A program made the position numbers and the translations under genes. Shown piece by piece: positions 10,554 through 21,099 of a DNA stretch of 45,393 nucleotides. The notes beneath the pieces are model-generated. The model was not told the origin of the DNA. It made no database searches and saw only the letters and a program-made list of their open reading frames with translations. Source of the DNA: an uncultured Candidatus Saccharibacteria bacterium (GTDB taxonomy: Bacteria; Patescibacteriota; CALEFQ01; G965231055); assembly GCA_965231055.1 (NCBI GenBank), contig OZ246411.1, positions 798,500-843,892 on the forward strand, read 5' to 3'. Position 1 is the first letter of the stretch, and each line of letters begins with the position of its first letter.

Positions 10554-12761
10554 ATGAAACTCCTAATCGTAGAATCTCCCACAAAAGCTAAAACCATTTC
10601 TAGATTCGTCGGAAGTGATTTTGATGTAGTCTCAAGCAAAGGGCACATAAGGGATCTTCCAAAATCAAAAATGGGAGTTGATACAGAAAATAATTTTGAA
10701 CCTACCTATATCATACCAACTGATGCAAAAGCTACGGTTAAATCACTCACAGAAAAAGCAAAAAAATCAGATGAAATCTATTTCGCAACTGACGAAGACC
10801 GAGAAGGAGAAGCTATCTCTTGGCATCTTGAAAATATCCTTAAACCAGCCAAAGGCAAGGGGAAAAGGATAGTTTTCCACGAAATCACAAAAAAAGCTCT
10901 TGATGAGGCCTTGAAATCCCCCAGAGAGATAAATTTATCACTAGTAGACGCTCAGCAGGCACGAAGAATACTTGATCGCTTGGTAGGATATGAGCTTAGT
11001 CCATTTTTATGGAAAAAAGTAGCGAGAGGACTTTCTGCTGGAAGAGTGCAGTCTGCAGCGATGAGAATTATCGCAAAAAGAGAAGAAGAAATAAATGCTT
11101 TTAAACCACAAAAGTATTTTGGAATAGATATAGAATATGAAAAAGATAATATAGTTTTCCCAGGTAAGCTAGAAAAAATAGCCGGCAAAAAAGTCGATAA
11201 ACTTGAAATAGACAAAAAGCCCAAGGCTGATGAAATTTTAAAAAAACTCAACTCAAATCCTCACATCGTAGAAAAAGTATCGAAGTCTGTAAGAAAAAAA
11301 TCGCCTTCTGCCCCATTTACCACCTCCACCCTACAACAAGAAGCTTCCAAAAAACTGGGATATTCATCAAAACAAACAATGATGCTGGCCCAACAGCTTT
11401 ACGAAGGAATTGAAATAGGAAGCGAAGGAAGACAAGGTCTCATTACTTATATGAGAACAGACTCCACCAATTTGGCAACAGAAGCAGTGGATGAAATCAG
11501 AAAAACCATAGAAACCAATTTTGGTAAGAAATACTTGGCCGCAGAACCCAGAATATTTAAAAAGAAAAGCAAGAATGCCCAAGAAGCACACGAAGCCATA
11601 AGACCAACACTATCAAAAAGACTTCCAGAAGCTATAAAGCAATATCTAGAACCCAAACAATTCAATATCTACAGACTCATCTGGGAGAGAACTGTCGCAT
11701 GTCAAATGCAAGATGCAGAGTTTGACGCTGTTTCCGTAGATATAAAAAGTGCAGATGTGCTAATTAGAGCCAATGGAAATACTGTAAAATTTGATGGATT
11801 TTTGAAAGTATATAGATCCGGAAATGGAGAAAAAATTCTTCCAGAGCTCAAAGAAAAAGACGAAGTAAAACCAAAATCTATTAAATCAGAAGAAAAAAGC
11901 ACCGAACCCCCAGCAAGATATACTGAAGCAGGGCTCATCAAGGCACTCGAAGAGGAAGGCATAGGACGCCCTTCAACTTATGCTCCTACGATATCAACCA
12001 TTATCGCAAGAAAATATATAGAGAAAAATATAGAGGACAAAAAACTTTATCCTTCAGAGATAGGAATGCTAGTAGATAAAGTAATGAAGGAACATTTCCC
12101 CAAAATAGTAGATTTAAAATTCACGGCTTTCATGGAAGAAGAGCTTGATAAGATAGCAAACGGGGAAAAGAAATGGCAACCGGTAATTGGAGATTTTTAC
12201 AAACCTTTCAAAGAAAATCTCGTAGAAAAAGAAAAAACTGTAGATAAAAAAGCCCTAACCGAAGAAACCACAGATAAAAAATGTGAGAAATGTGGCTCTC
12301 CCATGATTATCAAAATGGGGAGGTTTGGAAAGTTCTTGGCATGTTCAAAATATCCAGAATGCAAGAACACCAAACAACTTGATAAAAACGGTGATGTTCA
12401 AAAAGAGGAAACCACAGATAAAAAATGTGAAAAATGTGGAAAACCAATGGTAATCAAGTACGGAAGATTCGGAAAATTTTTGGGATGCTCTGGATACCCG
12501 GAATGCAAGAACATAGAGGGAATAGAAAATAAAACCGGAGTGAAGTGTCCTGAATGCAAAAAGGGAGATATCATAGCAAGAAAAAGCAAGAGGGGCAGAA
12601 TATTCTATGGATGCAATAAATATCCTGATTGCAAATTTGCACTATGGCAAAAACCAACAAACGAAGTATGTCCAAAATGCAAAAGCATATTAGTTATTCA
12701 ATCAAAAAATAAGATAAAGTGTAGCAACAAGGAATGTGACTTCACAAAAGAACAAGAATAA
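10554..12761 (+). CDS. topA: DNA topoisomerase I
   Basis: LIVESPTKAKTI, TDEDREGE, SAGRVQS, ITYMRTDS, C-terminal Cys4 zinc ribbons. Confidence 0.98.
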   Translation: MKLLIVESPTKAKTISRFVGSDFDVVSSKGHIRDLPKSKMGVDTENNFEPTYIIPTDAKATVKSLTEKAKKSDEIYFATDEDREGEAISWHLENILKPAKGKGKRIVFHEITKKALDEALKSPREINLSLVDAQQARRILDRLVGYELSPFLWKKVARGLSAGRVQSAAMRIIAKREEEINAFKPQKYFGIDIEYEKDNIVFPGKLEKIAGKKVDKLEIDKKPKADEILKKLNSNPHIVEKVSKSVRKKSPSAPFTTSTLQQEASKKLGYSSKQTMMLAQQLYEGIEIGSEGRQGLITYMRTDSTNLATEAVDEIRKTIETNFGKKYLAAEPRIFKKKSKNAQEAHEAIRPTLSKRLPEAIKQYLEPKQFNIYRLIWERTVACQMQDAEFDAVSVDIKSADVLIRANGNTVKFDGFLKVYRSGNGEKILPELKEKDEVKPKSIKSEEKSTEPPARYTEAGLIKALEEEGIGRPSTYAPTISTIIARKYIEKNIEDKKLYPSEIGMLVDKVMKEHFPKIVDLKFTAFMEEELDKIANGEKKWQPVIGDFYKPFKENLVEKEKTVDKKALTEETTDKKCEKCGSPMIIKMGRFGKFLACSKYPECKNTKQLDKNGDVQKEETTDKKCEKCGKPMVIKYGRFGKFLGCSGYPECKNIEGIENKTGVKCPECKKGDIIARKSKRGRIFYGCNKYPDCKFALWQKPTNEVCPKCKSILVIQSKNKIKCSNKECDFTKEQE

Positions 12762-12774
12762 AACATAACGATAT

Positions 12775-12806
12775 AAAAAAACAAGGTCGACTGGCCTTGT
12801 TTTTTT
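12775..12806 (+). terminator. Intrinsic terminator after topA
   Basis: AAAAAAACAAGG-TCGACTGG-CCTTGTTTTTTT. Confidence 0.75.
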
Positions 12807-12851
12807 ATTGAAATTCTTTACTAATTCCACTCAAACCAGTACAATAAACAT

Positions 12852-15032
12852 ATGAGAGATGCACAAGAAAAAATACTAAACAAGCTAAAATTCTATCACC
12901 CAAATGCCGATGTAAACATTGTGATAGAGGCTTTGAATTTCACCGAAAAAGCTCATAAAGGACAAAGAAGAGACAATGGAGAACCTTATATCACACACCC
13001 CCTTGCCGTGGCAAATACGATAGCCGACATGGGACTTGATGAAAAAACTATTGCCGCATCAATTCTTCATGATGTCGTGGAAGATACAGATATAGGACTC
13101 GAAATTATACAAAAAAAATTTGGCAATGAAATATCTGAATTGGTAGATGGGGTAACTAAACTACTAAAAATACCTGAATACGAGAGAAATCTTCAAGAGT
13201 ATGAAATAGAAAATATCAGAAAACTGTTTCTATACACCGCAAATGATGTAAGAGTTATTATAATGAAACTTGCCGACAGGTTACACAACATGCAAACACT
13301 CTACGCTAAACCTCCAGAGAAAAGACAAAAAATCGCCCTAGAGACAATGAACATATATGCCCCCATTGCAAATAGACTTTCTATAGGAAACATAAAAGGC
13401 AAGCTAGAAGATCTGGCATTTCCTTATGTTTTTCCAGAAGCATATAGATGGATAAAAACGCATGTAAAAGATCATTACCTAAAAAGACAGAACTATATAA
13501 ATAGAAAAATAAAAGAAATAAAAAAGATACTAGCAAAGGATGATATCAACTATATAGATGTTCACGGCAGAGCTAAGCATCTATATAGCTTGTACAAAAA
13601 ACTATTGCGTAAAGAAATGGATATTTACAAAATACATGATCTAGTTGCAATACGAATTATAGTTTCAAATATACCAGACTGTTATAGAGTGCTCGGGGCC
13701 GTGCATTCACAATGGTCTCCCCTGCCAACAACAATAAAAGATTATATTGCGGCACCTAAAATAAACGGATACCAATCTCTGCACACAACCGTTATGATAG
13801 ACCACACAAATCCAATGGAAATACAAATAAGAACTCAGAAAATGCATGAGGAAGCAGAATTCGGAATAGCAGCTCATTGGCATTATGATTTAACCAAGGG
13901 AACTCAAAACGCAAAACTAAGAGAGCAAAGCACCTGGCAAAAAGTTGCAAAGATATTTAGACGGGATGATTCGCAAAATCAAAACATAGCAAGCTGGCTA
14001 AAGCAAATTTCAAACCTAAAAGATCAGTCCAGACCTTCTAAAGAATTTATTCAACAAGTACAGTCAGAGATACTCAAAGATCATATCGTAGTTTTCTCAG
14101 ATGATGGGAAAACTACAGAGTTACCTATCAAATCAACGGCGCTAGATTTTGCATACCACCTAGGCGAAGCATTTGGTAATCATTGCGTGGGAGCAAGAGT
14201 AAACGGAAGTTTTACTTCTATATTTAAAACTTTAAACAATGCGGATACAGTAAAAATAATCACCGACAATGAAGCCACGCCAAGCAAGAAATGGCTAAAA
14301 TACGTAAAAACTCCTCTCGCCAAAGAACACATAAGAGGTTGGTTTAAAAATCAAGAAATACTTCCAAATATCAAAAAGGGTAAGCAAATGCTAAAAGAAG
14401 AACTGATAAAAAATCAGAATATTTCCATGTCTTCAGTTCCAAAACACCTATTCACTCAGGCACTACAAAAATTAAATCTGAAAACGATGGATGATTTGTT
14501 TTTCGCCATAGGAAATGGGGACGTTACCGTGATTGAGATATTGAAACTTGTTAAAATAGATCCAGTCTTTGCAGAAACCATATCAAGAAAAACAGAAAAT
14601 CTTGAAGTCAAGGATTTAAAATATATTAAATTCGAGCCCGAACTTGCAACTTGCTGCAATCCAGTACTGGGAGACCCTATTATTGCTGAACTAAAGGGAA
14701 AGGCGCTATTGGTTCACCATAAAGCGTGTAAAAAAGCACCAAAAAATGAAAGTGATAAAATAAAAATCCAGTGGAGAAAATACACTGGACAACTAACTCA
14801 ATTCGATGTTTCGATCAAGGCTGCCGGGCGCACGGGACTTATGGCAGAAATAGCTAAAAAATTTGCGGAAGCTGGGGTGGGAATACTGGGGCTCGAAACT
14901 CATCACATAGAGCAAGAAATAATAGAAGGAATATTCACCACCGAAACAAAAAATATCGAGAGCATCTACGAAGCGCTAAGAGAAATTAGACGAATCAAAA
15001 ACATCATCGAAGCTAGGCTATTGGGACAATAG
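12852..15032 (+). CDS. rel: Long RelA/SpoT homolog (bifunctional (p)ppGpp synthetase/hydrolase)
   Basis: HD domain (PYITHP, LHDVVED, KLADRLHNM), synthetase (GRAKH, NGYQSLHT, EIQIRT, AAHWHY), TGS, CCNP, ACT-like end. Confidence 0.95.
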   Translation: MRDAQEKILNKLKFYHPNADVNIVIEALNFTEKAHKGQRRDNGEPYITHPLAVANTIADMGLDEKTIAASILHDVVEDTDIGLEIIQKKFGNEISELVDGVTKLLKIPEYERNLQEYEIENIRKLFLYTANDVRVIIMKLADRLHNMQTLYAKPPEKRQKIALETMNIYAPIANRLSIGNIKGKLEDLAFPYVFPEAYRWIKTHVKDHYLKRQNYINRKIKEIKKILAKDDINYIDVHGRAKHLYSLYKKLLRKEMDIYKIHDLVAIRIIVSNIPDCYRVLGAVHSQWSPLPTTIKDYIAAPKINGYQSLHTTVMIDHTNPMEIQIRTQKMHEEAEFGIAAHWHYDLTKGTQNAKLREQSTWQKVAKIFRRDDSQNQNIASWLKQISNLKDQSRPSKEFIQQVQSEILKDHIVVFSDDGKTTELPIKSTALDFAYHLGEAFGNHCVGARVNGSFTSIFKTLNNADTVKIITDNEATPSKKWLKYVKTPLAKEHIRGWFKNQEILPNIKKGKQMLKEELIKNQNISMSSVPKHLFTQALQKLNLKTMDDLFFAIGNGDVTVIEILKLVKIDPVFAETISRKTENLEVKDLKYIKFEPELATCCNPVLGDPIIAELKGKALLVHHKACKKAPKNESDKIKIQWRKYTGQLTQFDVSIKAAGRTGLMAEIAKKFAEAGVGILGLETHHIEQEIIEGIFTTETKNIESIYEALREIRRIKNIIEARLLGQ

Positions 15033-15040
15033 ATCAATGA

Positions 15041-15910
15041 CTAAATAGTAAAGTCATTGCGATTTCCCAAAAGCTTTTTTATCAGAGAATCAAACTCTTC
15101 ACTAGAATAATAATCTATAACGAGCTCTCCATTTTTTCTGCCTCCCTTTATCGTAACCCTGGTTCCAAAAATTCCCCTAAGCTCTTCTTCGAGACCCAAG
15201 ATTTCTGGGTCTTTTTTAGTTTTTCTAGGCGTTGTGATTCCCTTCTTCTCTCTGCTCGTTCGCTCAACATCTCTAACAGTTAACCCCTCGCCTACTATTT
15301 TTTTAAGTAGCTCGTCTTGGTCCTCTTTCTTTTCAAGTGCAAGCATAGCTTTGGCGTGACCCCTGGTTATCTTGTTGTGCCTTATCGCTTCTTTCACATT
15401 GTCAGATAAAGCCAAAAGGCGCACAGTGTTTGCAATATATTCTCTGGATTTTGAAACCTTTTGAGCAGTTTGTTCTTGCGTGAGTCCAAATTCCTCTATT
15501 AAGCGCACAAAAGCCTCGGCCTCTTCGATAGCATTAAGATTGTGCCTTTGAACATTTTCTACCAATGCTAACTCAAGTTTTTGCTGTTCGCCAGCACTTC
15601 TCACAATCGCAGGAACACTTTCTAATCCAATTTTCTTTGAAGCTTGAAGTCTACGTTCTCCAGCTACAAGTTCATATTTTCCTTCACCAACGCTAGTTAC
15701 AACTAGTGGCTGCAGTATCCCGTGGGTTTTAATGGAGTCAGCGAGTTCCGCCAAAGCCTCTTCATCAAAATCATGTCTTGGCTGATGTGGATTTGGAACT
15801 ATATTTCCAACTGGAATTTTTTGTATCCCACTATTTTTTGCAACGGTATCTTGAATAGTTTTTTTAGGGATAAGCGCCTCTAAACCTCTTCCCAGTGAAT
15901 TTGTTTGCAT
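15041..15910 (-). CDS. parB: Chromosome partitioning protein ParB/Spo0J
   Basis: LGRGLEAL, NPHQPR, AGERRLQA, LVENVQR, HTH. Confidence 0.96.
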   Translation of the reverse strand: MQTNSLGRGLEALIPKKTIQDTVAKNSGIQKIPVGNIVPNPHQPRHDFDEEALAELADSIKTHGILQPLVVTSVGEGKYELVAGERRLQASKKIGLESVPAIVRSAGEQQKLELALVENVQRHNLNAIEEAEAFVRLIEEFGLTQEQTAQKVSKSREYIANTVRLLALSDNVKEAIRHNKITRGHAKAMLALEKKEDQDELLKKIVGEGLTVRDVERTSREKKGITTPRKTKKDPEILGLEEELRGIFGTRVTIKGGRKNGELVIDYYSSEEFDSLIKKLLGNRNDFTI

Positions 15911-15931
15911 ATTTTTATTTTATATATTTAT

Positions 15932-16708
15932 TTAGACAACAGGACTTTGTTCTGTACGAATGATTTCTTCGGCAAGTTGTTGATAAGCCCTAGATCCTTT
16001 TGAAAAAGGATCGTATTGCATCATGGGTTTGGCAAAACTGGGAGACTCTGCAATTTTTACATTGCGAGGAATGATGGTATCAAAAACTTTATACGGAAAA
16101 TGCCTCTGCATTTCTTTAAGCACTTGCCTAGAAAGCCTTTGCCTTTTTTCAAACATAGTAACTACGGCACCAAGCACTTTTATTTCAGGGTTGAGATTTT
16201 GTTTTACTAGTTCGATGGTATTGAGTAATTGTCCCAATCCTTCTAGGGCATAATATTCAGCCTGCACAGGAATCAAAACTTCATCGGAAGCTGTAAGGCT
16301 ATTTACCGTAATCAATCCTAAGCTTGGAGGATTGTCCATTATTATATAATCAAAATTATTTCTTATTCCAAGAAGTGCCTTTTTGAGTCTAAACTCCCTT
16401 TCTTCAACATTCACAAGCTCCACAGAAGCTCCCGCAAGTGCTTCAGTCGCTGGAATCACACTTAGATTTTCTATCTCAGTCTTGTGAATAACTTCTTCTA
16501 TAGACGCCTCGTGAGCCAAAACCTCATACACACCTTTTGTGCCTTCACTTGTAGGTACACCTAGTCCGCTAGTCGCATTTCCCTGAGGATCAACGTCTAT
16601 TAGTAATGTAAGCTTTCCCATGGAAGCCAAAAAACCAGCTACATTTATAGCCGTAGTGGTTTTTCCAACTCCCCCCTTCTGATTAACAAGAGAAATAATT
16701 CTCGCCAC
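15932..16708 (-). CDS. parA: Chromosome partitioning ATPase ParA/Soj
   Basis: NQKGGVGKTT, DVDPQGNATSGLG, DNPPSLG, PVQAEYYALEG. Confidence 0.97.
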   Translation of the reverse strand: MARIISLVNQKGGVGKTTTAINVAGFLASMGKLTLLIDVDPQGNATSGLGVPTSEGTKGVYEVLAHEASIEEVIHKTEIENLSVIPATEALAGASVELVNVEEREFRLKKALLGIRNNFDYIIMDNPPSLGLITVNSLTASDEVLIPVQAEYYALEGLGQLLNTIELVKQNLNPEIKVLGAVVTMFEKRQRLSRQVLKEMQRHFPYKVFDTIIPRNVKIAESPSFAKPMMQYDPFSKGSRAYQQLAEEIIRTEQSPVV

Positions 16709-16786
16709 AATATAAAATTAAAAATACTAAAAAATACTGTACGATTAATTAGTATTATTATACCCCAACTCAATCAATCAAACAAC

Positions 16787-16815
16787 TTGAAAAAAATACA
16801 ATAAAACAGTATTAT
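16787..16815 (+). promoter_or_regulatory. Sigma70-like promoter of tRNA-Leu(CAA), divergent from parA
   Basis: TTGAAA-N17-TATTAT; opposite-strand TATAAT at 16757-16762 for parA. Confidence 0.55.
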
Positions 16816-16833
16816 ATTTATTGTAATTCACGG

Positions 16834-16919
16834 GCCGAAGTGGCGGAATGGCAGACGCGCACGACTCAAAATCGTGTGGACTTACGTCCATGAGGGTTCA
16901 AGTCCCTCCTTCGGCACCA
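16834..16919 (+). tRNA. tRNA-Leu(CAA)
   Basis: GCCGAAG/CTTCGGC acceptor stem, CACGA-CTCAAAA-TCGTG anticodon arm, long variable arm, GGTTCAAGTCC, encoded CCA. Confidence 0.97.
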
Positions 16920-16982
16920 CAAACGAAGAGCTTTAAACAGTAAATCACAAGAAATTAAAATTATAAAATATAAAAACTTATC

Positions 16983-17741
16983 ATGGTCTGGATCTACACA
17001 ATCGCGAGCGTAATAATAATTAGTCTCGTGTCGCTAGTAGGAATTATCACATTTTCCATCAACGATGCAAAACTCAGAAAAATCCTATTTTTCTTTGTGA
17101 GCTTTGGAGCAGGAGCACTTTTGGGAGGAGCCTTTATTCACTTGCTACCAGAATCCATCGAACTCAATGAAAACTCTAGCAATGTTTGGATTTTTGGAAT
17201 ACTAGCTGGGCTAATAGTTTTCTTTGTATTAGAAAAATTTGTTAAGTGGTTTCATTGTCACCACATGGGATCCTGCGAACACGATCATCCCAAATCTCTT
17301 TCAACGATGAATATCGTAGGAGATGGATTTCACAATTTTATAGATGGCGTTGTGATAGCTGCAAGTTTTTTGGTGAGCATTCCTCTTGGAATTGCTACTT
17401 CAATAGCAGTACTCATACATGAAATCCCACAAGAAATCGGAGACTATGCGATATTATTACACGCAGGGCTAACAAAAAAGAAGGCGTTGATGTTTAACCT
17501 TCTTTCCGCACTAATGGCAGTTCTGGGAGCTGTGATAATGCTTTCAATACAATTTGATACCGATAGTTTTACAAAATACATTATCCCATTTACTGCTGGT
17601 GGATTCATCTATATAGGAGCGTCTGACCTCATCCCCGAAATGCATAAGGACAACAAAACTTCCAAATCCATATGGCAAGTTGTAGGTTTGATTTTGGGAA
17701 TTTATATTATGTATTTGATGACTTTTTTGGAAGTGCATTAA
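16983..17741 (+). CDS. ZIP family metal (zinc) transporter
   Basis: HLLPE, His-rich loop HCHHMGSCEHDH, DGFHNFIDG, HEIPQEIGD. Confidence 0.93.
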   Translation: MVWIYTIASVIIISLVSLVGIITFSINDAKLRKILFFFVSFGAGALLGGAFIHLLPESIELNENSSNVWIFGILAGLIVFFVLEKFVKWFHCHHMGSCEHDHPKSLSTMNIVGDGFHNFIDGVVIAASFLVSIPLGIATSIAVLIHEIPQEIGDYAILLHAGLTKKKALMFNLLSALMAVLGAVIMLSIQFDTDSFTKYIIPFTAGGFIYIGASDLIPEMHKDNKTSKSIWQVVGLILGIYIMYLMTFLEVH

Positions 17742-17765
17742 GTATTCAGTGATCACTAGTGCCAC

Positions 17766-17795
17766 AAAAAATCACCACTAATTGGTGATTTTTTT
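17766..17795. terminator. Bidirectional terminator between ZIP and tatD
   Basis: AAAAAATCACCA-CTAAT-TGGTGATTTTTTT. Confidence 0.75.
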
Positions 17796-17860
17796 ATTAT
17801 AACTACCTACATTATCCAACAAATAACTGAACGCTGGTTACTGAACACTGAATACTTCGT

Positions 17861-18625
17861 CTATATTCCAAAAAACTTTCTAGCTGTTTCGTCTGTGATT
17901 TTTTCAAGCTCAGAAAGTTGTATCCCTCTAAGTTTGGCGATAAATTTGGCAGTATAAATAACGTGCCATGGCTCACATCTCTTTCCCCTAACCTCTTGAG
18001 GTGCCAAAAAAGGTGCATCCGTTTCCACCATAATTTTTTCTAGTGGTACGGATTTGGCAACTTCGGCAATTTCTTTGGCGTTTGGAAAAGTCACAATCCC
18101 CGTAAAAGATATCATTCCACCTATTTTCAATATTTCATCTGCAAATTCCTTTGTACCACTAAAACAATGGACTACAAATTTCTGTTTGGGTTCAATTCTT
18201 TGTTTTATAATCTCAAGAGCTTCAGCATATGCATCTCTTATATGTATTATAAGGGGTAACTTCATTTCTCTAGCAAGATCAATCTGCGCTTCAAAAAAAT
18301 CTTTTTGTATTTCTATATCCGCTCTCGCATTGTGTTTATCTAGCCCCGTTTCCCCTATCGCAACTACTTTGGGAGCACTTGAAGACTTCTTGAGTTCAGC
18401 CATGGCATGAGCAAATGGATCAATGTCGCAATCCTCAGGATGAATTCCCACTGCAGCATAAATATTTTTGTTTTTCGCAGCTATTGCGATACAATTTTTA
18501 TTTCTCTCGGCATTTCCTCCGACATTTACGATATGAGAAAGACCTTTATCAAAAGACCTTTTGATTACATCATCAATGTCTGAATTGAAACTTGGAAATT
18601 CCAAATGAGCGTGTGTATCTATCAT
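17861..18625 (-). CDS. tatD: TatD family hydrolase/DNase
   Basis: MIDTHAH, GIHP, IGETGLD, IHIRDA, HCFSG, ETDAPFLAP. Confidence 0.95.
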   Translation of the reverse strand: MIDTHAHLEFPSFNSDIDDVIKRSFDKGLSHIVNVGGNAERNKNCIAIAAKNKNIYAAVGIHPEDCDIDPFAHAMAELKKSSSAPKVVAIGETGLDKHNARADIEIQKDFFEAQIDLAREMKLPLIIHIRDAYAEALEIIKQRIEPKQKFVVHCFSGTKEFADEILKIGGMISFTGIVTFPNAKEIAEVAKSVPLEKIMVETDAPFLAPQEVRGKRCEPWHVIYTAKFIAKLRGIQLSELEKITDETARKFFGI

Positions 18626-18629
18626 TATT

Positions 18630-18775
18630 AGGTTTTAGTAGATTTAGAAGTCTTGGAAGGGTTAGGTTCTTGCTTACTTAGCGAGCATCGCGAGTCAGAA
18701 CGGAACAGGTTATAGGTGCCTGCCTCGCTTTGCGAGTCAAGGCGGGTTAGCTCTTAGATGACTCAGGGTGATTAG
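18630..18775. repeat. Composite of short palindromic and tandem repeat remnants between metG and tatD
   Basis: CCTGCC-TCGCTTTGCGAGTCAA-GGCGGG hairpin, a second GCGAG..GCGAGTCA unit, and degenerate 9-mers (TAGATTTAG/AAGTCTTGG). Confidence 0.5.
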
Positions 18776-20273
18776 CTTCGAGCCTTGGGAACAACGCCTT
18801 GCGCTCCCCAAACTCAGCATCTTCAATAATTTTCAAATCCTTGTTTGGTATTTGACCTAGAATTGCTTTTGAAGTGTCTGGCATAATAGGAGTAATATAT
18901 CTAGAAATCTGAAGGCATCCTTCTAGCAAAGTTGCTAAAACATTTGCGAGCTCTTGTTTCTTCGATTCATCTTTTGCGATTTGCCACGGCTTATTTTCTT
19001 CCACATACTTATTTAAACTGCCTACAAATTTCCATATTCGCAAAATAGCTTCATAAATATTGCATATCTCAATATTTGCATTTCTGAGTTTTCCAACTCC
19101 ACCCCACTCATCTTTGATTTTTTCATCGATTTTTCCAGATTTTGGAGTTTTGCCGTCAAAATATTTTACACTCATCGCTATGGTCCTGCTCACAAGATTT
19201 CCAAGATTATTAGCCAAATCTGAATTATATTTTTCCTTGAGTTTTTCTATACTCACATCCCCATCAGAAGTATATGGCAAAGACGAAAGAAGCAAGTACC
19301 TAGCAGCATCAACGCCAAATAGTTTTACTATTTCATTTGGCTCTATGACGTTGCCCAAAGATTTGGAAATTTTCTGCCCACCAATAGAGAGATACTCGTG
19401 TACATAAATAGTTTTAGGGAGAGGAACTCCTGCGGAAAGCAACATTGCTGGCCAATATACGGCGTGAAATCTCAAAATTCCCTTTCCTATTATATGCATT
19501 CTCTTATCAGCATCTTTCCAATACTTAGCATATTTTTCTCCATCATTAGCAAAATCAAGCGCGGTAATATAATTTGAAAGCGCATCAAACCAAACATACA
19601 TCACTTGATCTTTGTCATTAGGCACTTCCACTCCCCAATTTTTGGCTCGTTTTTTACTTCTAGATATTGAGAAATCTTCCAGTCCTTGCTTTATAAATCC
19701 AAGCACTTCGTTTTTTCTAAATTCTGGAATTATTTCAAGTTCCCCAGACTCTATTTTTGTTTTTATCTGATCTGCATACTTTGAAAGCTTGAAAAAATAA
19801 TTCTCTTCCTCTACTTCTTCGGGTACAGAATTGTGCTCAGGACACTTGCCATCAACAAGATCTTTTTCAGTCACAAAAGCTTCGCATCCTATACAGTAAA
19901 GACCCTCGTAGTGCTTTCTATATACATCTCCGGCCTTGTCACATAGCTCCCAAAGCTTTTGCGCTCCAGCGAAATGATTGTGAGTTTCGGCCGAGGTGCG
20001 AATAAAATCATCGTAGCTAAGATTGAGTAGTTTTTTGAGATCATAAAAAGCTTCGCTGTTGCTTTTTACAAATTCCTTTACAGGTACGCCTGCCTTCTCA
20101 GCACTTTGTACATTTTTAAGTGCGTTCTCATCAGTTCCTGATAAAAACCAAACATCATTTCCTTTTTCACGATAAAACCTAGCAAACACATCTGCCTGGA
20201 TTTTTTCAGTGGCATGTCCTATGTGAGGCTTGCCATTTACGTAGTCTATTGCTGTTGTAATATAGGTGTTCAT
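18747..20273 (-). CDS. metG: Methionine--tRNA ligase (short form, no C-terminal dimerization domain)
   Basis: YITTAIDYVNG, HIGH, GTDENA, YVWFDAL, KISKS; start set at ATG 20273 (MNTYITT). Confidence 0.96.
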   Translation of the reverse strand: MNTYITTAIDYVNGKPHIGHATEKIQADVFARFYREKGNDVWFLSGTDENALKNVQSAEKAGVPVKEFVKSNSEAFYDLKKLLNLSYDDFIRTSAETHNHFAGAQKLWELCDKAGDVYRKHYEGLYCIGCEAFVTEKDLVDGKCPEHNSVPEEVEEENYFFKLSKYADQIKTKIESGELEIIPEFRKNEVLGFIKQGLEDFSISRSKKRAKNWGVEVPNDKDQVMYVWFDALSNYITALDFANDGEKYAKYWKDADKRMHIIGKGILRFHAVYWPAMLLSAGVPLPKTIYVHEYLSIGGQKISKSLGNVIEPNEIVKLFGVDAARYLLLSSLPYTSDGDVSIEKLKEKYNSDLANNLGNLVSRTIAMSVKYFDGKTPKSGKIDEKIKDEWGGVGKLRNANIEICNIYEAILRIWKFVGSLNKYVEENKPWQIAKDESKKQELANVLATLLEGCLQISRYITPIMPDTSKAILGQIPNKDLKIIEDAEFGERKALFPRLEANHPESSKS

Positions 20274-20330
20274 ATTTGAGTGTTTAGTATTTATAGTGAC
20301 CACTGAATACTGAAAACTGATCACTCGTAA

Positions 20331-21023
20331 CTAATCGCTAATTTTTAATATTACCACATATTCGCCCAAGAGTTCCATTGATTGAATTTTTTCATTTATT
20401 TCAGCAAGATTTCCTCTCATAATTCTTTCAAATTTCTTTGTAAGCTCAGACTCTATGGTTATGTGAATATTTTTTGGATCAACTTCATGACCCAAAGCTA
20501 TTTCATTGATCTCTGATAGTGTTTTTTTTATGCGGTGCTTTGAATCATAAAAAACAGATGTTTTTGGATTGGCTAAAATTTCCTCAAAAAGTTTTCTTCT
20601 ACCTTTTTTGTGAGGTATAAATCCGTAAAAAACAAATTTATCCGTAGGTAAACCACAAACAGAAAGCGCACTAATGAGAGCCGATGCGCCAGGAATAGGA
20701 ACGATTTCAATTCCACTAGCTATTGCTAGTTGGGATAGTTTTGATCCGGGATCGGAAATACAGGGAGTTCCGGCATCCACTATATACGCAACGTTTTTCC
20801 CCACCAAAATCTCATCAACGATTCCTTGATATTCACTGGCTCCAGTTTGAGTTTTTAGTGGAACGAGTTGTTTTTTTATTTCATAGTGCGTCAAAAGAAT
20901 TCTGGAGACCTTGATACTTTCGCACACAATAAAATCCACTTCTTTCAGAGTTTCAATTGCTCTAAAAGTAAGGTCCTTGAGATTTCCTATCGGAGTTGCA
21001 ACTATGTATAACTTCCCTTTCAT
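20331..21023 (-). CDS. rsmI: 16S rRNA (C1402-2'-O)-methyltransferase
   Basis: LYIVATPIGNL, DAGTPCISDPG, PIPGASA, ELTKKFE. Confidence 0.95.
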   Translation of the reverse strand: MKGKLYIVATPIGNLKDLTFRAIETLKEVDFIVCESIKVSRILLTHYEIKKQLVPLKTQTGASEYQGIVDEILVGKNVAYIVDAGTPCISDPGSKLSQLAIASGIEIVPIPGASALISALSVCGLPTDKFVFYGFIPHKKGRRKLFEEILANPKTSVFYDSKHRIKKTLSEINEIALGHEVDPKNIHITIESELTKKFERIMRGNLAEINEKIQSMELLGEYVVILKISD

Positions 21024-21099
21024 AAAAAAAGGATTTAGGTTTACAAAGCTAAATGTAAATTATGATTTTATTTACAAAAAGCTTTATACCTAAAACCGA

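Noticed and set aside
16709-16833. Replication origin or parS next to parAB
   Set aside because: No TTATCCACA cluster or TGTTTCACGTGAAACA-like palindrome seen; explained by divergent promoters.
16834-17741. Genomic island integrated at tRNA-Leu(CAA)
   Set aside because: No duplicated tRNA 3' end and no integrase found in the window.
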